From the NCBI GenBank assembly GCA_031385045.1, contig JANNBC010000025.1, positions 18,511 to 82,510 on the forward strand: a stretch of 64,000 nucleotides of DNA, read 5' to 3'. Position numbers and translations under genes: made by a program. Positions 48,137 to 57,866 of this stretch are shown here, one piece after another. The first letter of the stretch is position 1. Each line of letters opens with the position of its first letter. The DNA is from a bacterium (GTDB lineage Bacteria > Bdellovibrionota_C > UBA2361 > CALJRW01). Below the pieces are notes generated by a model, which worked only from the letters and a program-made list of their open reading frames with translations, made no database searches and was not told where the DNA came from.

Positions 48137-48898
48137 ATGAAAAAATATTTTCTGCTTGTTATGCTAGTCTGTAGCTGGCAATTTGTTTGGGCCGAAGTGC
48201 CAACTGAAAATGTGCCTACTATTTTGGAAAATACTGTCGCTAGTCCACAGCCCGCAGTTACAGCAACTCCAGTTCCGACTCCAGTAGTCCTGGCGGAAGA
48301 AGTTCCTGCGATTACTCCAGAGATTAAAACTTCTACAGTACCGAATGAGGGTAAAGTTGTACCAGTGGAGGCGGAAGAAGGTGCAGGGGAAGAGATTATT
48401 AATGAAGAGATCTTGGGGAAATCGGAAGAGACTCTCACTGAAAAGACAAATTCTAATGCTGAGAAATTGAATACTAAACCTACTGAGCGAATTATCTTAG
48501 GTTGGGTTGAGCCTATTTCATTAGGTGAAAAGAACTTATCGATTGATTCTAAACTAACTCCGGGGACAGCTGGAAATGCCTTACATGCGGATAATATTGT
48601 AATGGTTAAGAAGCCTAATGGTACTAAATGGGTTGATTTTGACGTGACGGACAAGCTTGGTCGTACTGTTCGTTTCCACAAGAAAGTCATTAGTATGAGA
48701 GAAAAGACTGATCCCAAGAAGAATCAATATAAAGTTACCTTAGAATTTTGTCTTAACATGCAACATTTTAAATTAGATTTTATGATTAGCGATCGAAGCA
48801 ATTTTGAACATCCTGCTCGAATTGGAAGAGATAGCCTAGCAGGACATTTTATTGTTGATCCGGGATTAACTAAAACCTCAGTTCCAAGTTGTAAATAA
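48137..48898 (+). CDS. Secreted retropepsin-like 'ATP-dependent zinc protease' domain protein (RimK-associated family), catalytic motif degenerate
   Basis: A signal peptide, a Pro/Thr/Val/Glu-rich linker and a C-terminal domain with GWVEPISL...DSKLTPGTAGNALHA...ARIGRDSLAGHFIVD. The paralog next door has DSKVDTGADTCSVHA. Confidence 0.55.
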   Translation: MKKYFLLVMLVCSWQFVWAEVPTENVPTILENTVASPQPAVTATPVPTPVVLAEEVPAITPEIKTSTVPNEGKVVPVEAEEGAGEEIINEEILGKSEETLTEKTNSNAEKLNTKPTERIILGWVEPISLGEKNLSIDSKLTPGTAGNALHADNIVMVKKPNGTKWVDFDVTDKLGRTVRFHKKVISMREKTDPKKNQYKVTLEFCLNMQHFKLDFMISDRSNFEHPARIGRDSLAGHFIVDPGLTKTSVPSCK

Positions 48899-48910
48899 TT
48901 TCTAAAGATT

Positions 48911-49423
48911 TTGCTGATGTTTTTAAAAAGATTATTTTTAGCACTAATTTTAACTTGTAGCGCATGTGCGACCACTGAGGTTAATGCACCAAAAGTTCGG
49001 AGTATTGGCTGGGTTGAGCGTATTCAGATTTATCCTTTTAATATGCAGCTTGATTCTAAAGTTGATACTGGAGCGGATACCTGTTCTGTTCACGCCGAAG
49101 AAATTGAAAATTTTAAAAAAAATAAAAAGGACTATGTGCGATTTAAGATGGTTAATCGCTATGGTCTAACAAAAGAAGTTGAGCGTAAAGTCTTACGTTT
49201 AACTAAGATCAAGACTAAGGAAGGTGGTTTTCAGATTAGACCAGTTGTGAATCTAGGTCTTTGTATCGATGATTATATCGAATATGTTGCCTGTAACCTG
49301 GTTGACCGCTCTAATTTTGACTATCCAGTACTTGTCGGCCGTAATTACCTAGCAGGACATTTTCTAGTCAATTCTTCAGAGACTTACAAGTCTGAACCAA
49401 ATTGTGATTTAAGTGAGAAATAA
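48911..49423 (+). CDS. Retropepsin-like 'ATP-dependent zinc protease' domain lipoprotein (intact DTGA motif)
   Basis: The lipobox is LTCSAC. GWVERIQIYPFNMQLDSKVDTGADTCSVHA and VLVGRNYLAGHFLVN are present. Confidence 0.6.
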   Translation: MLMFLKRLFLALILTCSACATTEVNAPKVRSIGWVERIQIYPFNMQLDSKVDTGADTCSVHAEEIENFKKNKKDYVRFKMVNRYGLTKEVERKVLRLTKIKTKEGGFQIRPVVNLGLCIDDYIEYVACNLVDRSNFDYPVLVGRNYLAGHFLVNSSETYKSEPNCDLSEK

Positions 49424-49428
49424 TTTAA

Positions 49429-50937
49429 ATGAAAAATAAATTTTTAATTGTGCCTTATCTCTTGTTTGCCATAGCCATTGGCATGCTTGCCTATCGTCAC
49501 TTTGTATTAAAAGCAAAATTTTTGCCTGTTATTACTAATGATACCTGGAAGCTTGATGTTACTGTGGACGCCGAAGAGTTGGCCTCTGCTAAGGTTATTA
49601 AGCTAAATATTCCAAGTAGTTTAACAAAGGCTAAGATTATCCAAGAAGGTTATAGTCAAACAGTTCAAGGCTTAACTGTTTTTGAAAGTAACGGAATTCG
49701 AACGTTAGTTTGGTCAAATCGTTCTACTGATAATTCTATACCAGAGAAAGCCTTTAGTTACTCTACAGTATTACAGCAAGGCACGAACGGCATAGAAATC
49801 CCAGCAAACTTATCTCAGCTTTCGGTTGATCTTGTTACTGATTATCCGGGTTATGATCCAGAGTTAATAGGGAAGTTTATTAGAGAGATTAAACAGGATA
49901 ATCATAATTTTGCTTTAGAATTGGGAGAATGCTTTGCCGATAATGAATGTTTAGTAGCAAATACAGGAATTAGTAAATCTCTATCAATGCGCAAAAAAGC
50001 AATTCTATTGCTAAATATTCTTCGGCAACAAAATTATCAAGCAGCTGTTGCACGGGGATTTTTCCCTGAGAAGCCAACTAAAGACACCAGCTTTATCTAT
50101 TGGGTACGGGCAGAAAAAGATCAAAAGGTCTATAACGTTTTTCTAGACTCCGAGATTCGTAGTGGCCAGCAAGTACTTTTTTGGGATTTTTTAGATGAGC
50201 TTAATCAAGTCCCTCATTCTGTTAAGATGCAGTATTCAATTCTACCAGATGAAAATTATAATTTTCTTAAGCCTCAAAAAGAAGTTATCCATAGCAAGTT
50301 TTTTGATTTAATTTCGCTACATGACTTACCAGCCTCTGTGCAGGTTGTTTATCGCGTTATGTTACTGATTCCACTTGGAGCATTAATTGTTGCCTTTACT
50401 CGGATTATTATTGGAGTTTCAGCCTTTGGTACGTTTATGTCGGTCTTAGTAGCTTTATCTTTTAATCAGGTAGGTTTGAAAGTTGGCTTACTGTTGTTAC
50501 TGATTATGATAGTTGCTGGACTAATGTTCCGTGGACTGATGAGTAAAATGCGCTTGCTTTCGGTTGCTCGAATTTCTTGTACATTAATCTTTGTGATTAT
50601 GTCGATTGCTGTGATTAGTAAGATTTCATGGAGTTTTAATTTCGTCGAAGGATTTTCAGCAACACTTTTTCCAATTATTGTAATTTCCATGATGATTGAG
50701 CGAATGTCGATTATGATTGAAGAGGCTGGGATACGTCCAACTATTAAAAATTTGATCAATACAATTATCATGTCTTCTGTGATCCATTTAGTAATGTCTT
50801 TAAAGATTGTGCAGTACTGGAGCTTTAGTTTCTGGGAAATGCATATTGTGACGATGGCACTTTTAATGCTGATTGGAAGGTATAATGGGTATCGTCTAAG
50901 CGAATTGTTTCGTTTTCGTAACTTAGTCAATAAATAG
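49429..50937 (+). CDS. Inactive transglutaminase-like domain fused to 7TM domain
   Basis: An N-terminal TM, a periplasmic domain of about 300 aa with no Cys-His-Asp triad, then 7 TM helices (aa 300-500). This is the architecture of the 7TM-transglutaminase family that accompanies RimK-like ATP-grasp genes. Confidence 0.5.
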   Translation: MKNKFLIVPYLLFAIAIGMLAYRHFVLKAKFLPVITNDTWKLDVTVDAEELASAKVIKLNIPSSLTKAKIIQEGYSQTVQGLTVFESNGIRTLVWSNRSTDNSIPEKAFSYSTVLQQGTNGIEIPANLSQLSVDLVTDYPGYDPELIGKFIREIKQDNHNFALELGECFADNECLVANTGISKSLSMRKKAILLLNILRQQNYQAAVARGFFPEKPTKDTSFIYWVRAEKDQKVYNVFLDSEIRSGQQVLFWDFLDELNQVPHSVKMQYSILPDENYNFLKPQKEVIHSKFFDLISLHDLPASVQVVYRVMLLIPLGALIVAFTRIIIGVSAFGTFMSVLVALSFNQVGLKVGLLLLLIMIVAGLMFRGLMSKMRLLSVARISCTLIFVIMSIAVISKISWSFNFVEGFSATLFPIIVISMMIERMSIMIEEAGIRPTIKNLINTIIMSSVIHLVMSLKIVQYWSFSFWEMHIVTMALLMLIGRYNGYRLSELFRFRNLVNK

Positions 50938-50943
50938 GAATCT

Positions 50944-51831
50944 ATGTTCTTTTTAAATACTTTAAGACAATTAAGAGAGGCAGGGATCCTAGGGATTAAT
51001 CGTCGGAATATCGATTTCATTCAGAAATATAATCGCCGTAGATATTTTCCAAACGTCGACAGTAAACTTAAAAGTAAATTATTGGCGCAACAAGTTGGGA
51101 TTCCAGTTCCAGAGCTTTATTATGTGATTGAGTCTTATTTTCAGATTAAGAATATTGAGGAAGTTTTAGCTAAGTATTCTAGCTTTGTTGTTAAACCAGA
51201 GCATGGCTCTGGTGGTAAAGGAATTGTTGTTTTAAATCAAAAGGATGGGAAGTTCTTTAAGCTTTCGGGCGAGGAAGTTAGTCTTGATAAAATTAAAGAG
51301 CATCTGGGAAATACTCTTTCTGGTTTGTATAGCTTAGGTGGGCAACCAGACCGTGCCTTCATCGAGTATAAGGTTGATTTTGATCCGCAGTATAGCAACT
51401 TAAGTTTTCAGGGAACTCCTGATTTAAGAATTATTATTCTTAAGGGGCAACCAGTAATGTCAATGATGCGTTTACCAACTCAACAGTCTGGTAATAAAGC
51501 TAATTTGCATCAAGGTGCGGTTGGAGTTGGAGTCGATCTGCAAACTGGAATGACTACTTTTGCTATTCAAGGAAGTAGCCTAATTGAGTATCATCCTGAT
51601 ACTAAAGCCAAGCTTTCTGGAATTAAGATTAATGAGTGGGAAAAGATTATTACCTATGCTGAAAAATGCTATGAAGTATTTAAGCTTGGCTACATGGGAG
51701 TTGACTTAGTCCTTGATGAAAAGCTAGGTCCACTACTCTTAGAAGCAAACGCCAGACCTGGTCTTTCCATTCAAATCGCCAATCAGTGTGGAATGTTAAA
51801 GCGAATTAAAGATTTGAATCTTAGCTACTAA
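50944..51831 (+). CDS. RimK-like ATP-grasp ligase (alpha-L-glutamate ligase-related)
   Basis: ATP-grasp motifs FVVKPEHGSGGKGIVVL and GYMGVDLVLDEKLGPLLLEANARPG. Confidence 0.65.
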   Translation: MFFLNTLRQLREAGILGINRRNIDFIQKYNRRRYFPNVDSKLKSKLLAQQVGIPVPELYYVIESYFQIKNIEEVLAKYSSFVVKPEHGSGGKGIVVLNQKDGKFFKLSGEEVSLDKIKEHLGNTLSGLYSLGGQPDRAFIEYKVDFDPQYSNLSFQGTPDLRIIILKGQPVMSMMRLPTQQSGNKANLHQGAVGVGVDLQTGMTTFAIQGSSLIEYHPDTKAKLSGIKINEWEKIITYAEKCYEVFKLGYMGVDLVLDEKLGPLLLEANARPGLSIQIANQCGMLKRIKDLNLSY

Positions 51832-51886
51832 TCTCCCTATGGTTATTGGGCCATAAATTATGTGAGCAAAGAGAGTCGTTAATGAA

Positions 51887-52135
51887 TTACTTTTGGCTAG
51901 CAACTACAATTTTCAAAAATCCCTTTGGATCTATTCTTTGTAAATTTGTTACAAAAGTTTCTGCTACTGCTCTAGGAACAGTCTCCGATGAGATGGAAAC
52001 AGAAGTAATTCCGTCTACTTCTGTAATTGTTACTGATTCGCCAAGATCTTTAATTCTTGCGGCTTGTCGCTGAAACGAAGCATGGGCAATTAGTTCTTTG
52101 GCAGATTTGGGTTCGTTGCTAGGAGCTGGATCCAT
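51887..52135 (-). CDS. Hypothetical small protein (82 aa from internal Met; ORF-track version overlaps the ATPase gene)
   Basis: ORF only. It conflicts with plus-strand ORF 51846-52073. Coding status is uncertain. Confidence 0.2.
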   Translation of the reverse strand: MDPAPSNEPKSAKELIAHASFQRQAARIKDLGESVTITEVDGITSVSISSETVPRAVAETFVTNLQRIDPKGFLKIVVASQK

Positions 52136-52187
52136 ATTTACACTAAAATTAAAAGTTATTAGCAATTCTAAATTCTGGGAAAGATAT

Positions 52188-52928
52188 TTAGTCTTTTGTT
52201 CCAAAATAAATTTCTTGTAGTCTAGGATTTTTCCGCACATTCTCAGGGGTATCATCCATGACAACCCGTCCCGCATCAAGGACAATTACTCGATCGCAAA
52301 AACCATAAATAAAGTTAATATCGTGCTCGATGATTAAGACAGTTTTCTGGCGCTTTTTTAGTTTTTTTATAATCTCCGATATTTCCGCTTTCATTTTAGG
52401 GGAGACTCCAGCCGTTGGCTCATCAAGTAAGAATAGTTCGGCACCAAAGGCTAACGTTCTAATAATTTCTAAAAGTCTCATTTGTCCTCCAGAGAGGCTA
52501 GCGGCTTTTTCATTAGCCTTTTCATGGAGCTTAACCTTTCGTAAGAAACCCAAAGCTCTGACCTTATTAATTCGATTCTGTCTAGACCAAGGCCAGATAG
52601 TTGCCCAAAATGATTGCTTAGTTTCTAGGGCAATCAAAATATTTTCCAGCAAGGATTGTTCTCGAAAGATTCCAAAGTTTTGGAAAACTCTTCCAATCCC
52701 GAGTCGCGCACGGTGATAAGGTGCCAAACGAGTTAAATCTATTCCATTTAGAATTAATTTTCCCTCGTTGCTTTGATGAAAACCAGAAATGCTATTAAAC
52801 AAAGTTGTTTTCCCACTTCCATTTGGTCCAATAATCCCAACAGTCTCACCAGAATTAATCTGGATATCAATTCCTTTTAGGATGTGTAATTTATTTAAAG
52901 TTAAGTGTAGCCCTTGTATATCTAACAT
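52188..52928 (-). CDS. Branched-chain amino-acid-type ABC transporter ATP-binding protein (LivG/LivF family)
   Basis: Walker A GPNGSGKTT, signature LSGGQMRLLEI and Walker B LFLLDEPT. Confidence 0.8.
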   Translation of the reverse strand: MLDIQGLHLTLNKLHILKGIDIQINSGETVGIIGPNGSGKTTLFNSISGFHQSNEGKLILNGIDLTRLAPYHRARLGIGRVFQNFGIFREQSLLENILIALETKQSFWATIWPWSRQNRINKVRALGFLRKVKLHEKANEKAASLSGGQMRLLEIIRTLAFGAELFLLDEPTAGVSPKMKAEISEIIKKLKKRQKTVLIIEHDINFIYGFCDRVIVLDAGRVVMDDTPENVRKNPRLQEIYFGTKD

Positions 52929-52931
52929 AGC

Positions 52932-53846
52932 TTAGATCTTCCTTTGAGTTGGGAATAAAATCCCTTTGTTAATATAAACAGTTGTAAACAAAATAAAAGC
53001 GTATAAGAACTGTCGCATTGGCCCTAAAATACTTGAGGGTAAGTCAAAAAATCTTAATCCCTCTGGTAGCAGTACGAGAAAGATTGTGGCAAAGAGTACT
53101 CCCCAAAAAGAACCAGGGCGACCGACAATAATAATCGAAAAGACAAACAACATTTCCTGAAGTGAGAAGGATGAGGGATCAATATAGTTAAGATAATATG
53201 CAAAGAATGAACCAGCAATCCCTGCAAAGAAGGAGGCGATTGTAAAGCTCCAAAGCCTAACAGCAGTAGAATTAATTGCTAAGGTTTGTGAGGCATGAAT
53301 AAATTCTGATTGTGCTTTTAGCGCCCGGGAGTATGGTGCTTTAAAGATGAAGTAAAGAATTAAATTTGTAATGACAGCAAAGGAAAAAACAAGGATTAGA
53401 AAATTATAATTATCGGAAAAATCAATTGTAATTAATTCCTGGAAGTTTGGAAATTTTGTAAAATTAAAAGAATCAATTTGGGGGCGAGGAATGCCAGGAA
53501 TACCTAGAACTCCTCTAGTCAGCTCTTTCCAGTTGATTAATAAGGCTGAAATAATAAAGCTAAAGGAGAGTGTCCCGATTGCAAAATAATCTAGGCTAAG
53601 CCGCAAGGAAATTGCTCCTAGAATTAGAGATAGGAGGGAAGCTAAAATGGCGCTTGCAAAGATACATATGAAGAAAGAATATTGATAATCAACAGACAAG
53701 ATTGCCGTTGTATAAGCCCCAATAGCGTAACAGGCAACATGCGCTAAATTAAATAAACCACCAAGCCCAAAATTTAAATTTAGAGCTTGAGCTGAGATTA
53801 AATAAATACAGCTCATGATTGCTAAGTGTAAGTAATACTCATTCAT
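52932..53846 (-). CDS. Branched-chain amino-acid-type ABC permease (LivM-like)
   Basis: A multi-TM permease in an operon with the LivH-like permease and the ATPase. Confidence 0.7.
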   Translation of the reverse strand: MNEYYLHLAIMSCIYLISAQALNLNFGLGGLFNLAHVACYAIGAYTTAILSVDYQYSFFICIFASAILASLLSLILGAISLRLSLDYFAIGTLSFSFIISALLINWKELTRGVLGIPGIPRPQIDSFNFTKFPNFQELITIDFSDNYNFLILVFSFAVITNLILYFIFKAPYSRALKAQSEFIHASQTLAINSTAVRLWSFTIASFFAGIAGSFFAYYLNYIDPSSFSLQEMLFVFSIIIVGRPGSFWGVLFATIFLVLLPEGLRFFDLPSSILGPMRQFLYAFILFTTVYINKGILFPTQRKI

Positions 53847-53849
53847 ATT

Positions 53850-54740
53850 TTACGCCTTGCGATATGTTCGCCCAAATAAACCTTGAGGACGAATAATTAG
53901 AATTACTAAAATAATTAAGAATGCAAAAGCGTCTTTATATCCAGCCGGTAAACTATACCCACCAAAGTCTAAGCCAATACTTAGATTCTCAACCAAGCCT
54001 AAAAGAAAAGCTCCAATAATTGTTCCCCAAAGATTTCCCAAGCCTCCCAAGATCATCGCAGCAAAAGCTTTAATCGTATAGGAATTACCCATCAGTGGCT
54101 GAAGATTAGTTTCATAGGCCAACATGATCCCGCTAAAAGCTGCTACTAAAGAACCAAAAATAAAGACTCCATAGTAAACATAGTGACTATTAATACCTAA
54201 ACTTTGACCAGCAGGAGAATTTTCGGAGAGGGCTCGGATTAATCTTCCGGTAACTGTTTTATGAATTACAAAGGCAACGAGCGTGAGTAGGAGCAAGGCA
54301 CTAGCAATAATAATCATTTGAATTGGAGTAATATAGACACTCCCAATTTCCACACTATTTAATAATTCTCCAGCATCTAAGGATTTAACATTTACTCCAA
54401 AACCAATGGACACTAAAGATTCCAGCATAATTGAAAGTGCTAGAGTCGTAACAAAAACTAAAATTGGATTGAAATTTAAAAATGGATTGATAAATACTTT
54501 GAAAGTAAAAGCTGCAAAGATTGCGATAAAGATAAAACTGAGTAGGAAAGACAGGTAGAAGTTGATGCCAAAAGTGTTGTTACAGAGGTAATAAGAGTAG
54601 GCACCAAGCATTAAAATATGCCCATGGGCAAAGTTTAAAATCCTAAGAAGACCATAAACCAGTGAGATTCCGCAACAAACTAGGGCATAAATACTGCCAG
54701 TTATCATTGAATTAATCAGGAGTTGAGGTAAAATATCCAT
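53850..54740 (-). CDS. Branched-chain amino-acid-type ABC permease (LivH-like)
   Basis: A multi-TM permease that opens the operon. Confidence 0.7.
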   Translation of the reverse strand: MDILPQLLINSMITGSIYALVCCGISLVYGLLRILNFAHGHILMLGAYSYYLCNNTFGINFYLSFLLSFIFIAIFAAFTFKVFINPFLNFNPILVFVTTLALSIMLESLVSIGFGVNVKSLDAGELLNSVEIGSVYITPIQMIIIASALLLLTLVAFVIHKTVTGRLIRALSENSPAGQSLGINSHYVYYGVFIFGSLVAAFSGIMLAYETNLQPLMGNSYTIKAFAAMILGGLGNLWGTIIGAFLLGLVENLSIGLDFGGYSLPAGYKDAFAFLIILVILIIRPQGLFGRTYRKA

Positions 54741-54896
54741 TATTATCAGTATCTTACTATAAACTGATTTTTATACAACTAATTATTCTTAAATAGCATC
54801 CAAATATGTAGGAAATGTGCTTAATATGCTGTGCTTAAAATTTCGTACTTAGAGAGCTTCTCTGTTTTAATCCTCAATATTTAATTACTGCGCTTA

Positions 54897-56288
54897 ATGA
54901 TTGAAGTAACTCGCAAGAAAATTCTAGTGGTGGATGATGAGCAAATGATCCGCGACACACTTTGTCTGCTCTTAAAGAACAGTTTTGAAATTGAAACTTT
55001 GAGTTCTGGAGAGGAGCTACTAGGACAGATTATTGAAATTAAACCTGATCTAGTCTTTCTAGATTTAATCCTACCAGGGATGGATGGCTTAGAAACTTTA
55101 AAAAAATTAAAAGCAATTGATAATCAAGTTCCAGTTGTTATGTTATCTGGAAGTAATACTGTTAAAAGTGCTGTCACTTCCATGAAGCTAGGCGCGATTG
55201 ATTATGTCCATAAACCTTTTGATGTGGAAGAGTTAAGTGAATTAATTGCAAATATCTTTTTAATTAAATCCACAGAAAAATCCATCCCGGATCTTAGTAA
55301 CTGTGAAAATGCCTCTTTGGGTTCATCATTTAAAATTATCGGAGAGTCTCCCGCGATTCTTGCTGTTCTTGATAAAGTCAAATTAATTTCGAATCACAAG
55401 ACTACGGCTTTAATTTCTGGAGAATCAGGCACTGGTAAAGAATTAATTGCTAGGCAAATCCATAATTTGAGCGCCCAATCTACCGCTCCATTTGTAGCTT
55501 TAAATTGCGCAGCTATTCCAGAAAATTTAATCGAAGCTGAACTGTTTGGTTATGAAAAGGGGGCCTTCACCGGAGCCGATCAAGTAAAACTTGGATTGGT
55601 TGAGATGGCTGATCAGGGAACTCTTTTCTTAGATGAGATTGGAGAATTGCCTTTAGCTTTACAGGTGAAGCTACTTAGGTTTTTACAGGGGCAAGAATTT
55701 TTTCGCTTAGGATCTTCCAAGTCTCGAAAGGTTGATGTGCGGATTATTACTGCCACTAATCAGAATTTAGAAAAAATGGTTGAACAAGGTACATTTCGGC
55801 AGGATTTATTTTATCGCATTAATGTTGTTCATTTAGAATTACCTGCGCTTCGTACTCGAGGTAATGACTGGGAATTAATCGCTGATTATTTTCATGAAAA
55901 ATTTGCTAAAAAATATCAAAAATCTGTACTAAAGTTTTCAGCAGATTGCTGGCAGGTAATTGCAAATTATCCTTGGCCGGGCAATGTTCGTGAATTAGAG
56001 AATGTGATGGAAGGTGCTTATGCTCTTAGTAATAGTGCGGTAATCGAAGTTGAACATTTACCAGCAAGGATTAGACCACATCTTGCCAGTAATAAACTGA
56101 ATACTTCTATTGAAGTTAGTTCCGATAATTTAGATTTATTAGAGGCGGGGCAAGAGTTTGAAAAAACGATGATTGAAAAGGCTCTAAGCAAAACTAATAA
56201 TGTCCAAACCAAAGCTGCTGATTTACTGGGGATTAGTCGTCGGATTCTAAAGTATAAAATGGATAAACTGGGAATTAAAGTATCATAG
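54897..56288 (+). CDS. Sigma-54-dependent two-component response regulator (NtrC family)
   Basis: A receiver domain (FLDLILPGMDG), an AAA+ sigma-54 activator domain (GESGTGKE, GAFTGA, ESELFGHEKGAFTGA-like) and a C-terminal Fis-type HTH. Confidence 0.85.
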   Translation: MIEVTRKKILVVDDEQMIRDTLCLLLKNSFEIETLSSGEELLGQIIEIKPDLVFLDLILPGMDGLETLKKLKAIDNQVPVVMLSGSNTVKSAVTSMKLGAIDYVHKPFDVEELSELIANIFLIKSTEKSIPDLSNCENASLGSSFKIIGESPAILAVLDKVKLISNHKTTALISGESGTGKELIARQIHNLSAQSTAPFVALNCAAIPENLIEAELFGYEKGAFTGADQVKLGLVEMADQGTLFLDEIGELPLALQVKLLRFLQGQEFFRLGSSKSRKVDVRIITATNQNLEKMVEQGTFRQDLFYRINVVHLELPALRTRGNDWELIADYFHEKFAKKYQKSVLKFSADCWQVIANYPWPGNVRELENVMEGAYALSNSAVIEVEHLPARIRPHLASNKLNTSIEVSSDNLDLLEAGQEFEKTMIEKALSKTNNVQTKAADLLGISRRILKYKMDKLGIKVS

Positions 56289-56301
56289 CGTCTTACTAAG
56301 C

Positions 56302-56604
56302 CTACTTAAACAAATCGTCTAGTTTTTTCAAGCTATCAGTTGATTGCTTAGATTCTAGGTTGCTATTAGTTTTAAATCGAAAAAACTCACAGCGATTACT
56401 TCGTTCTTTATCAGTAACTTTTTCGGCCTGATTTTCAGCACATTGATTGTTAAGAGTGAAGTCATAAAAGCGACAGTTTTTGCAGACATGAAGGTCTTGT
56501 CGGCATCCCAAACATGATTCTCGAAAGGAAATCTTTTGATTTTCAGTAACAGCAACTTGACGATTGCATTTGTAACATTGATAATCAATTGTCATATTAT
56601 TCAT
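56302..56604 (-). CDS. Small zinc-ribbon protein (multiple CxxC)
   Basis: CYKC, CLGC and CKNC pairs plus additional Cys in 100 aa. Confidence 0.4.
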   Translation of the reverse strand: MNNMTIDYQCYKCNRQVAVTENQKISFRESCLGCRQDLHVCKNCRFYDFTLNNQCAENQAEKVTDKERSNRCEFFRFKTNSNLESKQSTDSLKKLDDLFK

Positions 56605-56615
56605 AAAGCTAATTC

Positions 56616-57839
56616 ATGCAAATTAATATCAAAACCTATCCTAACGGTCTTACACTGATTTATCAACAAGTTAAAGAAATAAGTTCTGCGGCTTATAATT
56701 TAAATTTTGGTACTGGAGTAATCGATGACCCTGAATCTCGAGTCGGTGCAAGCTTAATCTTAAGTGAGCTTACTGGTCGTCAAGTTGCTAAGTATTCTCA
56801 ACAAGAGCTATCTGACTTATTTGATGGCAATGGTATTTCCCATGGAGAAAGTGCCAAATTAGAAAGGTTTCAGTTTCAGGGTAGTTGCCTTTCAGCAAAG
56901 TTGCCTGAAGCGCTTGAGTTACTCTACTTACTGTTTGATCAGCCTGTTTTATCAGAAGAGAGTTTGCCAAAAGTTAAAGAATTATTAATCCAAGAAATAC
57001 TGAGTTTACAGGATGAACCTTCTAAGTTGGTGGGGAGAGAATTTAATCAAAGATATTTTCCAGCACCTTATAACCGTTCTTTAATGGGTGAGCTTGCTGG
57101 AGTAACAGCTACTTCCATCTCTGATCTTGAGCAGGTTTATAAAAACCAATACCAATTATCCAATGCGCTGCTTTCAATTGTTGCTAATCTGGAATTATCA
57201 GAAATTGAATCAGCAATTCAGCCATTTATTGCTAGAGTTAAGGTTGCTGATTTTCGAGCAGATCCAGCTTGGCCAGAATTTCCAGCACAGTTTCAAGATC
57301 ACTTAGATTATGACTCTTCGCAAACTCAAATCTTATTAGCCTATAAAGCTCCAAAGATTAGTTCCCTTGACTATTATCCAATGAGACTAGTTAATGGATT
57401 ATTATCAGGTGGAATGTTCGGGCGTTTATTTTTAGAAGTTAGAGAGAAGCGGGGACTTTGCTATAGCGTCTATTCTAGTTATACAGCTCATCCCGAGTAT
57501 GGTCGACTAATTTGTTACTCGGGCACAACGGCAGAACGTGCTAGGGCAACTTTAGATGTGATTCAAGAAGTTCTAACTAGTTTAGTAAATACAATAACTA
57601 ACCAAGAGTTAGGTCGAGTTAAAACAGATATACTTTCCTCATTGGTAATTTCGCGAGAATCCTCACTTTCCAAAGCAATTAGCTATGCTAATGATTATGA
57701 AAACTTTAAATATATTCGTAGCCTGGATGAGATTAAAACTAAGATTACAGAGTTAAGTATTGATGATTTAAATCAATTTTTAGAAAAAAATCCTTTTGAA
57801 AATCCATCGATTCTTACTTTAGGAAAGAATAAAATTTAA
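56616..57839 (+). CDS. M16-family peptidase homolog lacking the HxxEH zinc motif (probable non-catalytic partner)
   Basis: An M16 fold with no HxxEH. It is immediately followed by an M16 paralog that has HFLEH. Confidence 0.55.
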   Translation: MQINIKTYPNGLTLIYQQVKEISSAAYNLNFGTGVIDDPESRVGASLILSELTGRQVAKYSQQELSDLFDGNGISHGESAKLERFQFQGSCLSAKLPEALELLYLLFDQPVLSEESLPKVKELLIQEILSLQDEPSKLVGREFNQRYFPAPYNRSLMGELAGVTATSISDLEQVYKNQYQLSNALLSIVANLELSEIESAIQPFIARVKVADFRADPAWPEFPAQFQDHLDYDSSQTQILLAYKAPKISSLDYYPMRLVNGLLSGGMFGRLFLEVREKRGLCYSVYSSYTAHPEYGRLICYSGTTAERARATLDVIQEVLTSLVNTITNQELGRVKTDILSSLVISRESSLSKAISYANDYENFKYIRSLDEIKTKITELSIDDLNQFLEKNPFENPSILTLGKNKI

Positions 57840-57866
57840 TATCGATCACTTTTAAAATAGTATTTT

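Noticed and set aside
48100-48717. 205-aa minus-strand ORF overlapping the first zinc-protease-like gene
   Set aside because: It is low-complexity and Ser/Thr/Val-rich, the mirror image of the Pro/Thr/Val/Glu linker coding region on the plus strand. The plus-strand gene has a signal peptide and a conserved C-terminal domain.
54741-54896. Sigma-54 promoter (TGGCAC-N5-TTGC) for the liv operon or the regulator gene
   Set aside because: Both strands of the 156-bp divergent region were scanned. The closest matches, ctgTGCTTaa and TGCTTaatatGCTGTGC, lack the GG/GC dinucleotides at proper spacing.
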